This document shows, in pieces, positions 38,412-42,267 of a stretch of DNA of 42,267 bases. The stretch is taken from contig JAUCBJ010006407.1 in assembly GCA_032718475.1 (NCBI GenBank), positions 1 to 42,267 on the forward strand. Direction: 5' to 3'. The DNA comes from Nemertoderma westbladi (Eukaryota; Animalia; Xenacoelomorpha). The notes under the pieces are model-generated. The model was not told the DNA's origin, searched no databases, and saw only the letters and a list, made by a program, of their open reading frames with translations. Both the position numbers and the translations under genes were made by a program. Numbering within the stretch: the first letter of the stretch is position 1; every line of letters begins with the position of its first letter.

Positions 38412-38480
38412 TTTAAAAAGTTTCAGTTTGAAAGTTTTATATCTGTTTAATTTAGAAAGTTTCAGTTTGAAAGTTTTATA
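38403..38480 (+). repeat. 39-bp tandem duplication spanning the end of pol and the Gypsy 3' UTR
   Basis: TCTGTTTAATTTA(A/G)AAAGTTTCAGTTTGAAAGTTTTATA x2, with one mismatch. Confidence 0.9.
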
Positions 38481-38491
38481 TAAAACTCTTT

Positions 38492-38506
38492 AGCGGGGAA
38501 GGGAGA
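38492..38506 (+). other. Polypurine tract
   Basis: AGCGGGGAAGGGAGA directly before the 3' LTR. Confidence 0.88.
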
Positions 38507-38767
38507 TGTACTGTATTTGAATTTCCCTCTATATATTAAATATATAGAAGCGGTGATTATTGAATTACCTACCGGTAACCAACATACTTTTATTATGTAT
38601 GTATTAGCCTACTTAATGATATAACTTTAGTACTGTAATACAGTAGGCCTACAGGCTTCAGATATTATTATTTTGCTTATATACATTATGCTTTTTGATA
38701 TGAAAGATATTATTATAAGCCTAGCCTAATGTTATATTTTGATCAACAAACAAATAGAAATAGAAGA
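38507..38767 (+). repeat. 3' LTR (261 bp)
   Basis: 260/261 identical to the 5' LTR and followed by the TSD CATAT. Confidence 0.96.
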
Positions 38768-38772
38768 CATAT

Positions 38773-39414
38773 AAATGCTACAAAGAATTCATGACATTTA
38801 ATGTTGATGGAAACTTGACAACCATTGATAATAATCAACTAAGGAAGGTCGATGACTTCCAGTACCTTGGATCATGGATAGAGAGTAGCAAAAAGGACAT
38901 AGAAGTTAGGAAAGCAAAGGCTTGGGTAGCTCTATCAAAAATGGATACAATCTGGAAATCAGATCTCTCCAGGCACCTGAAGACTAAGTTCTTTCGAGCC
39001 ACAGTGGAAAGTGTACTTTTATACGGGGGTGAGACCTGGACACTGACTAAATCACTTGAACAACGAATTGATGGTTGCTACACAAGACTACTAAGGGCAG
39101 CCCTAAACATCAGCTGGAGACAACACATGACAAATGCCGAGCTTTATGGTACAATACCACCTGTATCAACCACCCTCCGTGAACGCAGATTAAGATTCAG
39201 TGGGCACTGCTGGCGAAGTAAAGACGAGGTCATACCAGATCTACTTTTCTGGCAACCAACACATGGAAAGCGTAGTCGTGGACGACCAGCCATAACATAT
39301 ATAGATCAACTTGAAAGAGATACTGAACTTGGGAGAAACGAAATTGCGACAACTATGGAGAATCGGGAAGCCTGGAAGGATCTCAATTCCACTCTCCGAG
39401 TTCGCTCGACCTAG
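38773..39414 (+). pseudogene. RTE-A ORF, 3' part: end of RT and C-terminal domain
   Basis: Continues GLHI|NATK, with a frameshift at ~38784, into EFMTFN..VDDFQYLGS..RKAKAW..FFRATVESVLLYGGETW..RRLRFSGHCWR..RGRPAITYIDQL. Confidence 0.92.
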
Positions 39415-39438
39415 TAGTAGTAGTAGTAAAACTAAGAG

Positions 39439-39990
39439 AGGTTTTTGCGCGCGCTAAAACTTAGTCAGGTTTTTGCGTGCGCTAAAATTAATGTAGGTAT
39501 TTGCGCGTGCAAAAACTGATGTTTTTGCGCGCGCAAAAACTCCGTTGGGATGTTTTTGCACGCGTAAAACAATGTTGGGAGGTTTTAGCGCGCGCTAAAA
39601 CTAAGATTTCTTTTATGCGCGATAAAACTCAGATAGGTTTTTGCGCGCGATAAAACTATGGTAGGTTTTTGCGCGCGCAAAAATTCCAAAATTGTAGACA
39701 AGAAGAAAAACCTTCACACATTGAATAAAATCGCACACGATAACAACCAATCAAGGCGCTCGGAATAAATATAACAATATAGAGTTAAAACGCTCGTGAT
39801 ATCAGCCAATCATTTGCGCGAACATTTACTGTCGAATTAGGTATTAATATACGCCCTATTATAGGCCCCTATAACAGCCAATCATAACACGATAATTAAT
39901 TACATATTTTATGAGTTATTATGCACCCCCTAGGTAGAGTTTTAGCGCGCGAAAAATGCGATTATTACATTACAGTATTGTGCGCGCAAA
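39439..39990. repeat. Right part of the GCGC-palindrome repeat element, followed by repeated CCAATCA motifs
   Basis: About nine TTTT-GCGCGC-AAAA units at 39439-39685, CCAATCA near 39747, 39806 and 39878, and more GCGC cores at 39940-39990. Confidence 0.75.
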
Positions 39991-40647
39991 AACCCCAAAG
40001 AGGTTTTTACTCACAGGATATAGCACGCGAACTAGTTATCACGAATATTATCACACCAAGTGTGCCATACTTACTGTTGGAGCGCTGGCAACAGCAACTT
40101 GAATATGAGTGACATTATTTATAGCATGGTATGGAATCGGTTATTACATACCAATGTAGGCCTACAGTATGTTTGTATCTATACAAAAATGTGTTGTAGG
40201 CCTATACAGTAATGCAATCAATAATACTCTCCCTAAGGAATTTCTCACCAAATGTTACATTAGGCCTAGACTATAGTATAGAAACGTAAGCCCTAGGCCT
40301 ACTACAGTACAGCATGCTGCTGCACTACATAGAGTCCTAATCGATGTTTCCTCCTGGGTGGGTCCTATGGATGTAGGTTTCTAACATTAAATAAAGTGTG
40401 AATACATTCGTAACAGCTTGTTGAGTGTATATGTTATATACGGCATGGTACAGTTGTTCTACTGCTAGCCCTTCTTGCGCCCAGTGGAATTGAACTGAGT
40501 TGGTGCCCCCCTCCCCCCTACCTTCAATAATTCTTTTATAACGTTGCTTTCTTAAATATTATATACAGTATCTAACATTATACTGTATAACTAAATCAAA
40601 TCTATTTTACACGAGTTTGACATATTGCACTTATAATATATAGAATA

Positions 40648-40906
40648 GCGAGCGAAACGAGCAGATAAAGTTTTTCCACATTTTCGCTTATGATACATGT
40701 CCTGTAAATACTCTTCACAATCCCTGAATGTCCTGTAAATACTCTATCACAATCCCTGAATGTCCTGTAAATACTCTATCACAATCCCTGAATTTTCACT
40801 GCTTTTTCCTATTTTTCCACGAATTCCCTGATATTTTCCCTGCCCCTGGGTGAGTGCGCCGGGGGAAGGTCACCCCCCCCCCCTTCCCCCCGTTGCTACG
40901 CCTCTG
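40648..40906. mobile_element. Probable right end of a non-autonomous DNA transposon (hAT-like terminus, reverse complement CAGAGGCGTAGC)
   Basis: GCGAGCGAAACGAGC and AATTCCCTG motifs (similar motifs at ~3023-3110), C-runs and terminal GCTACGCCTCTG. No matching left TIR or TSD was identified. Confidence 0.45.
40697..40791 (+). repeat. 32-bp minisatellite x3 (ATGTCCTGTAAATACTCTATCACAATCCCTGA)
   Basis: Three copies; the first lacks one base. Confidence 0.92.
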
Positions 40907-40985
40907 AGGGGAAGGCATGGGCAGCATTAATTGCGCTTTCCAGTCAATCAGAATTCATCGGAAACTTAGGTCCCATTATTTAGAG
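40907..40985 (+). mobile_element. Degraded fragment of RTE family B
   Basis: AAGGCATGGGCAGC, AGAATT(C/A)ATCGGAAACTTA and ATTATTTAGAG align with the reverse complement of ~37607-37697. Confidence 0.75.
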
Positions 40986-40989
40986 GTTA

Positions 40990-41550
40990 GTCAGGTGAAG
41001 TCAGGTGAAGACTATCGGATGCGTCGTGCAGTTTGAAGACATGGGCAGCATTGAATAGTCTGTCCTGTTCATTGGATTCAAGTCCCGTTGAATAAACCGG
41101 ACTCTCAAGGTTCGATAATTTCAGCAGCAGTACTGTAGAACCAGTACTAGAGGACTGGGAGTCCATGCTGGGCTCTAACTGCTGTCGACCAAATCTCTGG
41201 ATGGACACAAAAACGCTACGAACACCCCAGGCTGGTAGAGCAGTCACTCGCTTTGACTGTACGTTTTATGCTCTAGCGATATGGAAACCTGACCTCTACT
41301 GTGTGTGAGTAAAGATAAATGGTTGTATATTCACGGAATGTTTACCCTTTGGACTCTGCGTTATGAGCAACAGCCAAGAAAGAGGGTTCACTTGGTCAAG
41401 TATCTAGAACCAGACGATACAGTATTGGGATCGGGGGTTATATCTTTAGTCGCGCCAAGATTGACATTCTTGAGTCTCACTGAGCCGCTTCGCAAGATAT
41501 TATTGGTGCACTATAATGTGTTTTGGCAACCTAATGATGTTAGTGAACCA
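40990..41550 (+). mobile_element. Older, degraded copy of the RTE family B 3' region with an internal ~160-bp insertion
   Basis: Exact 28-mer at 41157-41184 equals the reverse complement of 37553-37580. Colinear blocks: AAGTCAGGTGA, CATGGGCAGC, ACCAAATCTCTGGATGG, GGGTTCA..GTCAAGTA, AACCAGAC, TTTGGCA.CCT. Confidence 0.82.
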
Positions 41551-41565
41551 ATTTTAACTACTACG

Positions 41566-41696
41566 CATGGGCGTATCCAGAGGGGGGGGGGGGGGGGGGG
41601 GGGGGGGCAAAGAGGGCAAGTGCCCCACCCTAAGATCTTTGGGGTGGGGCATGCCCCCCCCCCCAAATTGGGAAAACCCCCTCTTGGGATGCGCTG
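41566..41696. mobile_element. Small MITE-like palindromic element with a 26-G run
   Basis: Left end CATGGGCGTATCCAGAGGGG imperfectly matches the right end (reverse complement CAGCGCATCCCAAGAGGGGG). Internal near-palindrome TGCCCCACCC-TAAGATCTTTG-GGGTGGGGCA at 41621-41651. No TSD seen. Confidence 0.55.
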
Positions 41697-42143
41697 AATG
41701 TTGATGCTGCTGCTAGATTTGTGTAGTTGAGTATGAAACCGTTTCAGTTTTCCTGAGCTTACAGTAATTCCCTTGTATAGTTTCGTGTAAATTCCGATAC
41801 ATGCTTCACCATCCCCATCCAAATTATCTACTAATCGTAATCCGATTGCATGAAATGTGAAAGAATGATCTGACCTCTGGTCTGACTTCCTGAGTCACAT
41901 TTTTTTTTTTTGCTTTAAATAAAAGCTTTAAAAAGTGTCTCCATCAATATTTCAGCAATTACTGTACTACTACTAGTACAGTACTGTAGTTCCACGAGGT
42001 GGTATTGTACAACGAAGTTCGACGTTTGTCATGTGTTATATCCAGCTGATGTTTATTGCTGCCCTTGTGTAACTACACCATGGCAATTTACAAATTAACG
42101 TAGTGTAATGTTCCCAAATATGGTGTTTATTAAATTCAAAAGA

Positions 42144-42267
42144 AGGAGGGTAGCTAAGTTGTTCGAGCGCCCGGCCTGCAATCTAGTGGTTATAGGTTCG
42201 AGCTCTGGCAGTTTCGACTCAGTCTATCATCCCCTGCCCCCCTGGGGGTCGGTAAAATGGGGAGGAC
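42144..42267 (+). mobile_element. tRNA-derived SINE 5' part, running off the window
   Basis: A-box-like TAGCTAAGTTG (42151) and B-box-like GGTTCGAGCTC (42195), followed by CGACTCAGTCTATCATCC...GGGGTCGGTAAAATG, which resembles a conserved SINE central domain. Confidence 0.7.

Larger units (their letters stand above)
32852..38767 (+). mobile_element. Full-length but disabled Ty3/Gypsy LTR retrotransposon (Mag-like features)
   Basis: Paired LTRs, 5-bp TSD CATAT (32847-32851 and 38768-38772), PBS, PPT, and gag-PR-RT-RH-IN domain order. Confidence 0.96.
31377..39426 (+). mobile_element. 5'-truncated RTE-clade non-LTR retrotransposon (family A), split by the Gypsy insertion
   Basis: 12-bp TSD TAAAACTAAGAG at 31365-31376 and 39427-39438. 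(TAG)5 tail at 39412-39426 overlaps the stop codon. RT motifs are present and the APE endonuclease is missing. Confidence 0.93.

Noticed and set aside
39439-39685. CRISPR or attC-like reading of the palindromic GCGC array
   Set aside because: Spacers are only ~10 bp, the cores are degenerate, and there is no associated enzyme.
42144-42215. Functional tRNA gene
   Set aside because: The boxes are degenerate, no clean cloverleaf or T-run terminator is visible, and it runs into SINE-like body sequence.

Overview
Repeat-dominated animal (probably marine invertebrate; inferred only) genomic DNA with no recognisable host gene. About 27 kb is two unrelated tandem arrays only 286 bp apart. Satellite 1 (3566-18995) has 42/44-bp monomers and satellite 2 (19282-31130) has 33/48-bp monomers. 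Both contain kilobase-scale block duplications, and the many ORFs over them are artefacts. The right third is a four-level nest with every junction readable. A palindromic TTTT-GCGCGC-AAAA repeat is interrupted by a 5'-truncated RTE-clade LINE (31377-39426, 12-bp TSD, (TAG)n tail). That LINE is interrupted by a full-length Ty3/Gypsy element (32852-38767, 261-bp LTRs differing at one base, TSD CATAT). The Gypsy integrase is interrupted by an antisense 592-bp fragment of a second RTE family (12-bp TSD). That second family recurs three more times in the window. The flanks hold MITE-like fragments, minisatellites and a tRNA-derived SINE head. The most interesting signal is a strong excess of TACTGTA/TACAGTA (and TAGGCCTA) words in older DNA. 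One of these can be shown, by comparing two RTE copies, to be a CTGTA insertion at a TA, which is the signature of a Tc1/mariner-type excision footprint. No new protein-coding system is evident.
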